From positions 224,001 to 288,000 of the forward strand of contig CAXXDN010000001.1 of assembly GCA_963667465.2 (NCBI GenBank): a DNA stretch of 64,000 bases, in the 5' to 3' direction. The stretch is from Dehalococcoidia bacterium. GTDB taxonomy: Bacteria > Chloroflexota > Dehalococcoidia > UBA2979. Under the pieces are notes generated by a model that saw nothing but the letters and a program-made list of their open reading frames with translations, had not been told where the DNA came from and ran no database searches. This document shows, in pieces, positions 18,082 to 27,837 of this stretch; position 1 is the first letter of the stretch; each line of letters opens with the position of its first letter. The position numbers were made by a program, and so were the translations under genes.

Positions 18082-18806
18082 CCGCCCCCGAGCCAAGCCC
18101 GGCGCCGCCGGCTTACCGGCTGCGCGTCTCCGAGATGGCCTCCGGCGATCGCCCGCGCGAGCGGCTGGAGCAGCTGGGCGCGCAGGCGCTGACCACTTCG
18201 GAACTGCTCGCAATCCTGCTGCGCACGGGGACCCGCGAGGAGGGCGTCCTGCAACTCGCGGAGCGGATCCAGCAGGAGCACCACGGCCTGCGTGGGCTTG
18301 CCAGCGCGGACATCACCGGGCTATCGGCGATCCGCGGCCTCGGCCCCGCGAAGGCGGCGACAATCGCCGCTGCCTTCGAGCTTGGGCGGCGGCGCGCGCT
18401 GGAGGGCGATGACGAACGCCCGCTGATCGGCTCGCCGGAGGACCTCGTGCGGCTCCTGCAGCCGGAGCTGGAGCTGCTGCCACAGGAGGAGTTCCGCGTG
18501 CTGGCGCTCGATACCCGGCATCGCGTGCTGGCCAGCCGCATGCTCAGCCGCGGCTCCGTCAGCAGCGCCCCCGTGCGGGTCGCCGAGGTATTCCGCGAGG
18601 CCGTGCGCCGCAACGCCTCCGCCATCGCCGTCGCCCACAACCACCCCAGCGGGGACCCCGAGCCGAGCCCGGACGACGTGGAGACGACGCGCGCCCTCGA
18701 AGCGGCGGGCGACCTGCTCGGCATCCGCGTGCTCGACCACGTCGTGATCGGCCACGGCCGCTGGATCTCGATGCGCCAGAGTGGGCTCGGCTTCACGTCG
18801 CAGTAG
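18078..18806 (+). CDS. radC: RadC family (JAB/MPN) protein
   Basis: RPRERL, ELLAILLRTG, AHNHPSGDPEPSPDD, LDHVVIG. Confidence 0.95.
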   Translation: MTAPEPSPAPPAYRLRVSEMASGDRPRERLEQLGAQALTTSELLAILLRTGTREEGVLQLAERIQQEHHGLRGLASADITGLSAIRGLGPAKAATIAAAFELGRRRALEGDDERPLIGSPEDLVRLLQPELELLPQEEFRVLALDTRHRVLASRMLSRGSVSSAPVRVAEVFREAVRRNASAIAVAHNHPSGDPEPSPDDVETTRALEAAGDLLGIRVLDHVVIGHGRWISMRQSGLGFTSQ

Positions 18807-18899
18807 GCTCGGGCCGGCCCGGCAGGGTGGCAGCGGCTCCGAACAGTCACGCGTGCTACGATCTGCGCGCAGCCGGGGCGGGCGGCGCAGCGGAGTGTC

Positions 18900-19448
18900 A
18901 TGCAGCCCTTGCACTGGCTCGATCTCGTCATCGTCGCCATCATCGCGTGGCTGACGTTGCGCGCGCTCTCCGTCGGCCTGATCCGCGAGGTCGTGACGGC
19001 CGTCGCGATCTTCGGCGGCGCGATCCTCGCGGGGCACTTCTACGCCGAGCTCGCCGACGACATCGCCTTCGCCATCGAGGACGAGCCGTGGCGGGAGTTC
19101 GTCGCGTTCGCGGCGATCTTCGCCGGCGCGATCGTGGTCGGCCAGATCGCGGCCATGCTGCTCCATCGCGCCTCGAGGCTGCTGCTGCTCGGCACCGCGG
19201 ACCGGGTCGGCGGGGCAGCGTTCGGCTTCCTCAAGGGCGTGATCGTCGTCGAGGTGCTGCTGCTCGCGGCGATCACCTTCCCCATCTCCGGGGAGCTCGA
19301 TGCGGCGCTCGAGGACTCCACGATCGCGCCCGCCTTCATCGAGGGCCTGCCGGTGATCCAGCGGCTGCTCCCGGACGAGTTCGAGCTGGCCGCCGAGCGC
19401 TGGTCGGACGTACTGGACGCGAGCAAGGCGTTGACGCGGGGCCCCTGA
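18900..19448 (+). CDS. cvpA: CvpA family membrane protein
   Basis: WLDLVI..GLIREV..DRVGGAAFGFLKG. Confidence 0.88.
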   Translation: MQPLHWLDLVIVAIIAWLTLRALSVGLIREVVTAVAIFGGAILAGHFYAELADDIAFAIEDEPWREFVAFAAIFAGAIVVGQIAAMLLHRASRLLLLGTADRVGGAAFGFLKGVIVVEVLLLAAITFPISGELDAALEDSTIAPAFIEGLPVIQRLLPDEFELAAERWSDVLDASKALTRGP

Positions 19449-19535
19449 GCGCGCCCCCCGAAGCGGGCCAACGGCGCAGCCGCCGCTGGCCCGGCCGCCA
19501 CGATCCACTACACTGCCCGCTACACTGGCACCGAA

Positions 19536-20093
19536 GTGGAGAGGGCGAACGCGTTGCTCGACAAGCGCGCGCTGGTGCTCAACCAGGACTACGAACCGCT
19601 GAACGTCTGTGGCGTCAGGCGCGCCTTTGCGCTCGTCCTCGGCGGGCGCGCGGAGCTGCTGGAGGCTGGCGCCGAGCCAATCCGCGGGGTGGACCAGGAC
19701 TACCCGGCGCCCTCGGTGATCCGGCTGCGCCGCCGCGTGCGCCGCCCGCGGCCGCAGGTACGGCTCACGCGCCGCGAGGTCTTCGCCCGCGATCGCCAGC
19801 GCTGCCAGTACTGCGGGAACGGGCACCCGGACCTGACGCTCGACCACGTCGTGCCGCGCCGCCGCGGCGGCTCGCACGTCTGGGAGAACATCGTGACCGC
19901 CTGCCAGCCCTGCAATCACCGCAAGGGCGGCCGCACACCGCGCGAGGCGCGCATGCGGCTGCTCTCCCAACCGGTGCGCCCGCGCCTCTCCGTCCCGCAG
20001 CAGCTCGCGGAGCACCTCCAGCGCTACGAGGAGTGGCGGCCGTTCTTCCTCGGCTGGCTCGACCGGGAGACGCAGCGGGCGTTCGCGATCTGA
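19536..20093 (+). CDS. HNH endonuclease
   Basis: LVLNQDYEPL, RDRQRCQYCG, TLDHVVPRRRGG, NIVTACQPCNHRKG. Confidence 0.92.
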   Translation: MERANALLDKRALVLNQDYEPLNVCGVRRAFALVLGGRAELLEAGAEPIRGVDQDYPAPSVIRLRRRVRRPRPQVRLTRREVFARDRQRCQYCGNGHPDLTLDHVVPRRRGGSHVWENIVTACQPCNHRKGGRTPREARMRLLSQPVRPRLSVPQQLAEHLQRYEEWRPFFLGWLDRETQRAFAI

Positions 20094-20193
20094 GCGCCGC
20101 CGGCTCGCCCCCAACGCGATGGGGCGTGAGCGCGCGAGGGCGTATGCTCTCCCGCGGCGCCGGCCGCCGCAGCAGCAACGGAAGGAAACGCCC

Positions 20194-20664
20194 GTGAGCG
20201 TCGCGCAGCGACTCGAGGAGCTGGGGATCGCACTGCCGCCCCCGCCACCGCCTGTGGGCATGTACCGCGCCGCGCTTCGCAGCGGCAACTGGCTCATGGT
20301 CTCCGGACAACTCCCGCTGCGCGACGGCGAGCTGGTCAACTCCGGCCACATCCGCAGCGACGACGACATCGACCCCGGCCGCGAGGCCGCGCGCGTCGCC
20401 ACGCTGAACGCGCTCGCCGCCGTGCAGGCGATTCACGGCAGCCTCGAGGGCCTGCGCGTCGTGCGGCTCGTCGGCTACGTCGCCAGCGCCCCCGACTTCC
20501 ACGCCCACCCTGCGGTGGTCAACGGCGCCAGCGAACTGCTGCTGGAACTCTTCGGCGAGGACGCCGGCCTGGGCACGCGGCTCGCGATGGGCGTCGCCGC
20601 GCTCCCGCTCGGCGCGGCGGTTGAGATCGACCTGATCCTCGAGGATTTGGAGGCAGCGGCATGA
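20194..20664 (+). CDS. RidA/YjgF family protein
   Basis: LEELGIALP, VSGQLP, VNGASELL, LPLGAAVEID. Confidence 0.88.
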   Translation: MSVAQRLEELGIALPPPPPPVGMYRAALRSGNWLMVSGQLPLRDGELVNSGHIRSDDDIDPGREAARVATLNALAAVQAIHGSLEGLRVVRLVGYVASAPDFHAHPAVVNGASELLLELFGEDAGLGTRLAMGVAALPLGAAVEIDLILEDLEAAA

Positions 20665-21185
20665 CGACCGGCGACGACCGCATCCTGGTCCAGAACCGCA
20701 TCGACTTCGTCACCGGGGCGGTACGCCGCTACCTGCCGGACGCCGACGCCCTGACGCAGATCGCCAGCGAGGTGCAGGCGCTGATTGCGAACCGCAACGG
20801 CTCCTCGCTGCGCAACGCCCCCGCCGGGGGCGAGTGGTCCGCACTGCGCATCCTGGGCCACATGATCGCCTACGCGCGCGGCCTCCACGACCAGCTCGAC
20901 CGCATGGCCCATATGACGGACCCGGTCCTGCCGGTGACCAACGACTCCGCGGTCGCCGAACAGGAGGACTGGGAATCGCGCGACCCCGAGGAGCTGACCG
21001 CCCTCTTCACAGAGGCGATCGGCGAGGCGGTGGAGTTGCTGAAGCACGTCCCGGACTCCTCGTGGGGCCGGGCCGGGCTGCACCCGCTGCTGGGGCGGCG
21101 CTCGATGGTCCAGCAGGTGCGCGGCGCCAGCGCGCACCTGCGCAGCCACGTCGAGCAGATCGAGATGGCGGTCGCGAACGCGTAA
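20661..21185 (+). CDS. DinB family protein
   Basis: EWSALRILGH..WGRAGLHP..HLRSHVEQI His pattern. Confidence 0.75.
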   Translation: MTTGDDRILVQNRIDFVTGAVRRYLPDADALTQIASEVQALIANRNGSSLRNAPAGGEWSALRILGHMIAYARGLHDQLDRMAHMTDPVLPVTNDSAVAEQEDWESRDPEELTALFTEAIGEAVELLKHVPDSSWGRAGLHPLLGRRSMVQQVRGASAHLRSHVEQIEMAVANA

Positions 21186-21206
21186 CCTCGGCAGCAGGCT
21201 CCTGCG

Positions 21207-22052
21207 CTACCCGCGCTCCACCGGCAACTCGCTACGGACGGCCCACTCGGACCAGGAGCCGTCGTAGTTGCGAGCCTGCTTGTAGCCGAGCAGCTCGTGC
21301 ATCACGAACCAGGCGACGGCGGAGCGCACGCCGCCCCCGCAGTACGGGTACGCCGCGACGGAGCCATCGACGCCGGCCGCTGAGAACAGCGCGCGCAGCT
21401 GCTCCAACGGGAGCAGCCGTCCGTCCTCGCGGACCAGGCGCTCCCACTCGAGGTGCACCGCGCGCGGGATCCGCCCCATGCGCGGCGCCTCGGCATGCCC
21501 GTGCGCCTCGCCCAGCCACTCGCCGTCCGAGCGGCAGTCGACGATGCGCGCCGGGCCGCCCTCGGCCGCCTCGAGCACGTCGCCCGCCAGCGCGAGAATC
21601 GAGGCGTCCGGCTCGGCCAGCGTCACGTCGCGGGGGATGACGGCGGGCACCTCGGCGTCCACCGGCACGCCGGCCTCGCGCAGCGCCGGGACGGCGCCGT
21701 CGGCGAGGTGCACACGCGGGAAGCGGTAGTAGCGCAGCGCCCAGTAGGCCCGCGCCGGCCACGCGGAGCGCGCACCTGCTGTGCAGACGATGCGCTGCTC
21801 CGGCGAGACGCCGAGGCGCGAGAGGTTCGCGGCCATACGTTCCGGGTTCGGCACCAGCGCGCGCACGCCGTCGCGGTCCTCGGTGAAGTCGTCGTAGCCG
21901 TGGGCGTAGACCGCGCCGCGCACGTGCGCCTCGTCGTACTCGGCGCGGTCGTTGGCGATGTGCAGCACGCGCAGGTCGGGGTCGTCGAGGTGCTCCGCCA
22001 GCCACGAGCCAGCGACGAGCGCGGGCGCGGAGTCGTCACGCGGTCCGCTCAC
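21207..22052 (-). CDS. Sulfurtransferase (tandem rhodanese)
   Basis: HVRGAV, GRIPRAVH, YCGGGVRS, YDGSWSEW. Confidence 0.92.
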   Translation of the reverse strand: MSGPRDDSAPALVAGSWLAEHLDDPDLRVLHIANDRAEYDEAHVRGAVYAHGYDDFTEDRDGVRALVPNPERMAANLSRLGVSPEQRIVCTAGARSAWPARAYWALRYYRFPRVHLADGAVPALREAGVPVDAEVPAVIPRDVTLAEPDASILALAGDVLEAAEGGPARIVDCRSDGEWLGEAHGHAEAPRMGRIPRAVHLEWERLVREDGRLLPLEQLRALFSAAGVDGSVAAYPYCGGGVRSAVAWFVMHELLGYKQARNYDGSWSEWAVRSELPVERG

Positions 22053-22155
22053 GGAGCCACCTCCCGCCGAGGTCTTCCGCCGGACGCGCCTTCGCGGCTT
22101 CCGGGGGCCGGCCTCGTCTTCCCCCTCACCCTCTCCCTCAGGGAGGGGACAGCTG

Positions 22156-23256
22156 CTAGTTCAGGCCGCCGCCGCCCGAGCCGCCGGAGCCGCCCTGGCC
22201 GCCTCCGCCACCAGACCCGCGTCGGCGTCTGCGCCCGCCGCGCCGACCGCGACGGCGCCGGCGCGCGGGCTTGTCGCCCTCGCCCTCCGCGCGCGCGGGG
22301 CGCTGCTCCGCCGTTCGCTCGCCCTCGGCCGGGCCGTCCGCGGGCGCGTCGACCGCCTCGAGGGTTGCGAGCAGCCCCTCACTGCGGCGTTGAGCTTGTC
22401 GCCGCACCGGCTCCTCGACCTGGGCCTCGAGCTCCTCGGGGCGCACGGCCGAGCCGTACTGGCTCGACAGCTCCTCCTCGGTCATCTCGATCACCTCGCC
22501 GCCGTCGTCGAGGCGCATCCGGACCTGGCCTTTGAGGGTGTTGTGGCCGATCACGCGCGCGCGTCCCACCGGGGTGGTGACGCGCTTGCCGACCTTCGGG
22601 AGCGTGCCGCGCAGGCGGCGGTACTCGTCCACCTCGTAGGAGAGGCAGCAGAGCAGGCGGCCGCAGACGCCCGAGATCTTCGTCGGGTTGGGCGGCAGAT
22701 CCTGCTCCTTGGCCATCCGCATCGAGATCGCGGGGAAGGTCGTCTGCCAGGTGCGGCAGCAGAGCGCGAGGCCGCACACGCCGACATCGCCGAGCGCCTT
22801 CGCGCGGTCGCGGTCTCCAACCTGCCGCACCTCGACCTCGACGCCGAGCAGATCGCGGCACATACCGGTGAACCAGCGGTGCTGGATGCGCTCGGGCGCG
22901 GAGAAGGTGATGCGGCAGTGTGTGCCCGCGAGGTTGTAGGTCAGGCTCGCGACGCGCACCCGCGGGTCATTGCGCGTCGCGAGTTCCTGCGCGCCGCGTA
23001 AGTCCTCCAGCGCGCGCTCGCGGTTCTCCCGCCAGGCGTCCACGTCCTCGCCGCTTGCGAGGCGCTCGATGACGCGCAGCGGGCCCTCGGGCTCGGCGGC
23101 CAGCGTCTGGTCCGGCGTGACCACCACCCAGCCGAGCTGTTCGCCCTGTCCAAGGTTGACGACCACGTAGTCGCCCAGCGCCGGCTCCAGGTCGTCCGCG
23201 CTGCACCACGTCAGCGGCCCTGCCTCGGTGAAACGGATCCCGACAATGCCTTCCAT
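22156..23256 (-). CDS. PSP1/RicT (YaaT) family protein
   Basis: RQVGDRDRAK, GVCGLALCC, AKEQDL, KISGVCGRLLCCLSYE. Confidence 0.9.
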   Translation of the reverse strand: MEGIVGIRFTEAGPLTWCSADDLEPALGDYVVVNLGQGEQLGWVVVTPDQTLAAEPEGPLRVIERLASGEDVDAWRENRERALEDLRGAQELATRNDPRVRVASLTYNLAGTHCRITFSAPERIQHRWFTGMCRDLLGVEVEVRQVGDRDRAKALGDVGVCGLALCCRTWQTTFPAISMRMAKEQDLPPNPTKISGVCGRLLCCLSYEVDEYRRLRGTLPKVGKRVTTPVGRARVIGHNTLKGQVRMRLDDGGEVIEMTEEELSSQYGSAVRPEELEAQVEEPVRRQAQRRSEGLLATLEAVDAPADGPAEGERTAEQRPARAEGEGDKPARRRRRGRRGGRRRRRGSGGGGGQGGSGGSGGGGLN

Positions 23257-23307
23257 GCAGTCCCGGCGGTCGCGACACCGGCCCCTGCCCCACAGGCGAG
23301 AGCCTGC

Positions 23308-24417
23308 TCAGGCGGGCGGCGCGGCGGCCGGACGGGCCTCCTCTCGGCTTGACTCCGGTTCCTCGAACTGCAGCTGCGGGAGGTCCAGCATCAGCACCTC
23401 CAGCGCGAGCTGCGGGTTGGTGTTCTCGATCAAGTGACGCCGCGCCCGCTCCGTCGCGCGCAGCGCCAGCACCGCCTCGCGCGGCGAGCACCCGGCGGGC
23501 GTGGCCTCGCCGCGGCCGTCCGCGTCAGCGACCGACGCGAGCATGTCGCGCCACCACCAGCGCCAGACATCGAGCGTCTCGAGGACAGCCGCTCGCTCGC
23601 GGCGCCACGAGCGGGCCAGCCGCGATGCGTGATCGAAGCGCTCGTTACGCGAGCCCGCGCAGAGCCGGCGCAGATCCTCGGTCGCGGTCTCGCGCAGCTG
23701 GCGCTGCGCCGGGTCGCGGTGCAGTCGCAGCGCGAGCCCGTAACGCCCGCGACCCTGCGCCGCCAGCTCGCGCGCCTCTTCCGCGCCGAGGCCATCGAGA
23801 TCCTCGCTGAGCGCCTCGGCGAGCGCGGCGCGCGGCAGCGGCCGCAGCGTCAGCTCACGGCAGCGCGAGCGGATCGTCGGCAGCAGCTCGTCCGCGTCGA
23901 CGGCGAGCAGGATCAGCAGCGCGCTGCCCGGCGGCTCCTCGAGCGTCTTGAGCAGCGACTGCGCTGCCTCGGTCTGCAGGTCGTTGGCGGTGTCGATGAT
24001 GAAGATCCGCCGCGAGGCATGGAACGGCGCGAGATTCGCCAGCTTCGAGAGGCGGCGGGCCTGGCAGATGCGGATCCGCGTCGAGCCGTCCGCCACGTGG
24101 TCGCGGTGCCCCTCCTCGTCGCAGGGTCCACCGATGGTGATGCGCTCGACGTCGGGCGCCTCGCCCGACTCGATGCGCGTGCAGGCGCGGCATTCGAGGC
24201 AGGGATCGACGCCCGCGGCGTCCGTCTCATCGCGCTGCTCGCAGTGCAGCGCCTGCACGAGCCGCCGCGCCAGCGTCGCCTTGCCCACGCCGTCCGGCCC
24301 GCTGAACAGCCAGGAATGGCCGAGCCGGCCGGAGGCGAGGGCGGCGCGCAGCTCAGCGACCGGCTGCTCCAGCCCGCGGACGCCCCAGCGCGTCTCCTCG
24401 CCGGTCTCGGCGCTCAC
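23308..24417 (-). CDS. holB: DNA polymerase III subunit delta'
   Basis: HSWLFSGPDGVGK, CLECRAC, LLKTLEEPP, LPTIRSRC. Confidence 0.92.
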   Translation of the reverse strand: MSAETGEETRWGVRGLEQPVAELRAALASGRLGHSWLFSGPDGVGKATLARRLVQALHCEQRDETDAAGVDPCLECRACTRIESGEAPDVERITIGGPCDEEGHRDHVADGSTRIRICQARRLSKLANLAPFHASRRIFIIDTANDLQTEAAQSLLKTLEEPPGSALLILLAVDADELLPTIRSRCRELTLRPLPRAALAEALSEDLDGLGAEEARELAAQGRGRYGLALRLHRDPAQRQLRETATEDLRRLCAGSRNERFDHASRLARSWRRERAAVLETLDVWRWWWRDMLASVADADGRGEATPAGCSPREAVLALRATERARRHLIENTNPQLALEVLMLDLPQLQFEEPESSREEARPAAAPPA

Positions 24418-25754
24418 AGGTCCACGTCCAGTGCCATCAGGTCCTCGAAGGTCTGGCGACGGCGCAGCAGCCGCGACTCGCCATCGGCGACCAGCACGAC
24501 GGCGGGCCGGAGGGCGAGGTTGTAGTTCGACTCCATCGCCACCTGGTAGGCGCCGGCGGCGGGCATCGCGACGACCTCGCCGGCGCGCAGCCGCGGCGTC
24601 TCGATGTCGCGCGCCAGCAGGTCGCCGGACTCGCAGTACTTGCCGGCGATCGTCACGGTCTCCTCGGCGGGCGCGGTTGGGCGCTCGGCGGAGATGAGCT
24701 CGTACTGCGAGCCATACATGGCCGGGCGGATGTTGTCCGCCATGCCGCCGTCGACCGAGACGTAGGTGCGCACGCCCTCGATCTCCTTGCGCGCGCCGAC
24801 GGTGTAGAGGGCGAGCCCGGCGCGCCCGACGAGCGAGCGGCCCGGCTCGATCACCAGCCGCGGCAGCGGCAGCCCGCGCGCGTCCGCCTCGCGGCGCACG
24901 GCGCCGCAGACCACGCGCGCGTAGGCGGCGGGCGGCGGCGGCTCCTGCTCGCCGTGGTAGCCGATCGCGAAGCCGCCGCCGACCGACAGTTCGTCGAAGT
25001 CGAGGCCGAACCGGTCGCGGCAGATCCCGGCCTGGAAGGCGGCCACGACCTCGATGCCGCGCTCGTACGGCGTCAGATCGAAGATCGGGCTGCCGAGATG
25101 CATGTGCAGCCCGCGCAGATCGAGGTGTTCCGAGGCGGCGATGCGGCGCACCGCCTCCTCCGCGTCGCCGGTGGCGATCGCCACGCCGAACTTGCTGTCG
25201 AGAATGCCGGTCGTCGTCTTCTCGTGGGTGTAGGCGTCGACGCCGGGCGAGACGCGCAGCAGCACCGGCTGGCGCACGCTGGCCGCCGCTGCGGCCTCCT
25301 CGACCAGCTCGATCTCGCCGAGGTTGTCGATCACGACGCGGCCCACGCCGGCCTCGACGGCGGCGCGCAGCTCCTCGGACGACTTGTTGTTGCCGTGCAG
25401 GTAGATCGTCGCGGGGTCCACCCCGGCGGCGAGCATCACTGCCAGCTCGCCGCCGGAGACGGCATCGAAGCCGTAGCCCTCGGCGGCGATCAAGCGGGCG
25501 AAGGGGCGGTTGAGGAACGCCTTGGCGGCGTAGAGGGCGGTCGTCTCCTCGTGCTCCTGGCGGAACGACTCGAGGAACCCGCGCGCCTGTCGTTGCAGCG
25601 TCGCGAGGTCGTAGACGTAGAGCGGGGTGCCGTACTCGTGCGCGAGCGCGGGCAGGTCGCAGCCGCCGACGGAGAGCGCGCCGGACTGGCCAAGGGCGGC
25701 GGTGACTGGCAAGAGATGCGCCAGCGGCAGTGATGCCGTCGCGGAGCTAGCCAC
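24414..25754 (-). CDS. lysA: Diaminopimelate decarboxylase
   Basis: YGTPLYVYD, YAAKAF, HGNNKS, HLGS, EPGRSLVG, KYCESGD. Start uncertain. Confidence 0.95.
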   Translation of the reverse strand: MASSATASLPLAHLLPVTAALGQSGALSVGGCDLPALAHEYGTPLYVYDLATLQRQARGFLESFRQEHEETTALYAAKAFLNRPFARLIAAEGYGFDAVSGGELAVMLAAGVDPATIYLHGNNKSSEELRAAVEAGVGRVVIDNLGEIELVEEAAAAASVRQPVLLRVSPGVDAYTHEKTTTGILDSKFGVAIATGDAEEAVRRIAASEHLDLRGLHMHLGSPIFDLTPYERGIEVVAAFQAGICRDRFGLDFDELSVGGGFAIGYHGEQEPPPPAAYARVVCGAVRREADARGLPLPRLVIEPGRSLVGRAGLALYTVGARKEIEGVRTYVSVDGGMADNIRPAMYGSQYELISAERPTAPAEETVTIAGKYCESGDLLARDIETPRLRAGEVVAMPAAGAYQVAMESNYNLALRPAVVLVADGESRLLRRRQTFEDLMALDVDL

Positions 25755-26011
25755 AGTGGTCCCGCGTTCCCGCGGTGTCGTCTTGTTCGGCCTCGCGGGC
25801 GGCGCTCCGGCCGGAGCCCGGGGAGCGCGCGCGAGGTTGGACGTCACACGTCGTTCGTTGTGCCGGATTATCGCACGCCCGCCGCAGGACCGCACGGCGG
25901 GCTGCGTACAGGCGACACTACGCGCGTCTCGACGTTCGGTGCGGCCGCGCCTGCCTCGCCCGTGGTTTCGAGGCGGTGGCGCGCGGGCTCGTCAGGGTCA
26001 GCGATCCCGAG

Positions 26012-27199
26012 TCAGTCCTCAATGTCGGCGTCCTGGAAGAGCGCGACGTAGGGACCGTAGATGAAGAGGCGGTCGCGCCTGCGCCCGGTGATCTCTACCA
26101 ACAGACCGAGATCAGCAAAGGCTCGAACCAGCGAGTTCGCCCTGGAGTGACTCAACCCCGCGCGCTGTCCTGCATCGCGGATATCGACGAACGGAGCCGG
26201 GTACAGCGACTCGAGCAAACGTAGCCCGTTGTCCGCCCGCCGCCCGAGCGATCCCGCAACGAGCGCACGGTGTTCCTCACGCAACATGATCAACCGGCGT
26301 GCCGTGTCCGTGGCCTCGGCCGCGACAACCCGGACGCCTTCGAGAAAGAACCGCAGCCATCCCTCCCAGTCGCCCCGGTCGCGCACCGCCTGCAGGCGGT
26401 CGTAGTACTCGGAGCGATGGCGTCGCAGATAGTGGGAGAGGTAGAGCAAGGGGCGCTTCAGGATGCTGGTCTCGCAGAGCAGGAACGTGATGAGGAGGCG
26501 TCCCACACGTCCGTTCCCGTCGAGGAATGGGTGAATCGTCTCGAACTGCGCATGAACGAGCGCGACCTTGATCAGCACGGGCAGGTCGCTCCCGTCATGG
26601 ATAAACGTCTCAAGTGCGCCGAGCGCATCGCGCATCTCCGCGGGCGGCGGCGGGACGAATGAGGCAGACGTCAGGGTGCTGCCCGGCGCGCCGATCCAGT
26701 TCTGCGAGGTGCGGAATTCGCCGGGGTTGCGCTCGGCGCCACGCACCCCCTTCAGGAGCACGCCGTGGATCTCTCGGATCAACCGCAGAGAGACGGGCAA
26801 CGAGTCGAGGCGCTCCAGCCCATGATTCATCGCCCTCACGTAGTTGGCGACCTCGGCAGAGTCGTCGGGCGTGCGGGCGCGCGCCCGCTCCGACTCGAAC
26901 TCAAGCAGATCGACGAGTGAGGCCCGGGTACCCTCGATCTGGCTCGACAGCACCGCCTCCCGCCGGACATACATGTAGACGAAGAGGTCGGGGTCGGGCA
27001 GCAGCTCCGAGGCGCCATCGAGCCGGCCGAGCGCACGATCCGCCTCCGAGAGCAGCCGCACCAACTCGGCGCCGAGGTCCGGCGGAGGGACGGGCGGAAG
27101 CGGCGCGGGAATAAACGCGCGGTAGCCAGCAGGAACACGCACGTAGCGGCCAGCGCGCGGCTCCGTTGCTGTCGATTCCCGGACGTTCTCGCCTACCAT
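26012..27199 (-). CDS. Fic family protein with C-terminal wHTH
   Basis: EAVLSSQIEGT (inhibitory-helix-like) and HPFLDGNGRVGR catalytic motif. Confidence 0.92.
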   Translation of the reverse strand: MVGENVRESTATEPRAGRYVRVPAGYRAFIPAPLPPVPPPDLGAELVRLLSEADRALGRLDGASELLPDPDLFVYMYVRREAVLSSQIEGTRASLVDLLEFESERARARTPDDSAEVANYVRAMNHGLERLDSLPVSLRLIREIHGVLLKGVRGAERNPGEFRTSQNWIGAPGSTLTSASFVPPPPAEMRDALGALETFIHDGSDLPVLIKVALVHAQFETIHPFLDGNGRVGRLLITFLLCETSILKRPLLYLSHYLRRHRSEYYDRLQAVRDRGDWEGWLRFFLEGVRVVAAEATDTARRLIMLREEHRALVAGSLGRRADNGLRLLESLYPAPFVDIRDAGQRAGLSHSRANSLVRAFADLGLLVEITGRRRDRLFIYGPYVALFQDADIED

Positions 27200-27411
27200 C
27201 TGGCCTACTATTATCCTTTTCACTAGATAAGTGGCAATAGCTAGCCTCAATCGTGCTCGATATGCTCGCTTCTGGCACTAACGATCGCTTTCTGGTCGAT
27301 TACCCCACCGAAACGACAATAGCGGGGGCCCGCGCGGCCTCTTACTGTCACTTCCGGCAGCTACGCCAGCCTTCCGGGCGCGCTGTTGTCCCTTCGCGGC
27401 CACAATGGACA

Positions 27412-27834
27412 ATGGCGCCCGTGGACGAGCACGAGCAGCGGGAGATCGACGCCCTCCTCGCGCGCTACGAGCGCGAGCTCGAGTACTTCGCGCTGACGCG
27501 CGACCGGCTGCTGCCGCTGATGCGCCAGTTGCTCGACGCGCTGCGCGCCTGGGCAGAGCGCGGCAAGGACACGGACGGACGGGCGGCCATGCTACGCCGC
27601 GAGTACGTCACGGAGCTCAACACGCTCGGCGGGCAGATCGACGACTGGGTGCGGATTCGCGGCTCCGGGCTGCGCGTCTCCTCGCTCGCCGGCGGGATGT
27701 CGGACGAGCAGATCGAGCGCTTCAGCGCGCTGCAATCGCGCGAGGTCGCCGAGGCCGTGGGCCGCGAGGAGTTCGACGCCGCGCAGGCGGAGCTGCGCGA
27801 GCTGCTGCTGATCTTCGAGGAGTTCGCGGGGTAG
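27412..27834 (+). CDS. Hypothetical helical protein
   Basis: Typical codon usage; no recognised motif. Start uncertain. Confidence 0.6.
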   Translation: MAPVDEHEQREIDALLARYERELEYFALTRDRLLPLMRQLLDALRAWAERGKDTDGRAAMLRREYVTELNTLGGQIDDWVRIRGSGLRVSSLAGGMSDEQIERFSALQSREVAEAVGREEFDAAQAELRELLLIFEEFAG

Positions 27835-27837
27835 CGC

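Noticed and set aside
19536-20093. HNH nuclease plus RadC as a defence or mobile system
   Set aside because: Both look like common stand-alone housekeeping-type families, with no methylase, ATPase or integrase nearby.
25755-26011. Lysine riboswitch upstream of lysA
   Set aside because: No recognisable L-box conserved elements or terminator.
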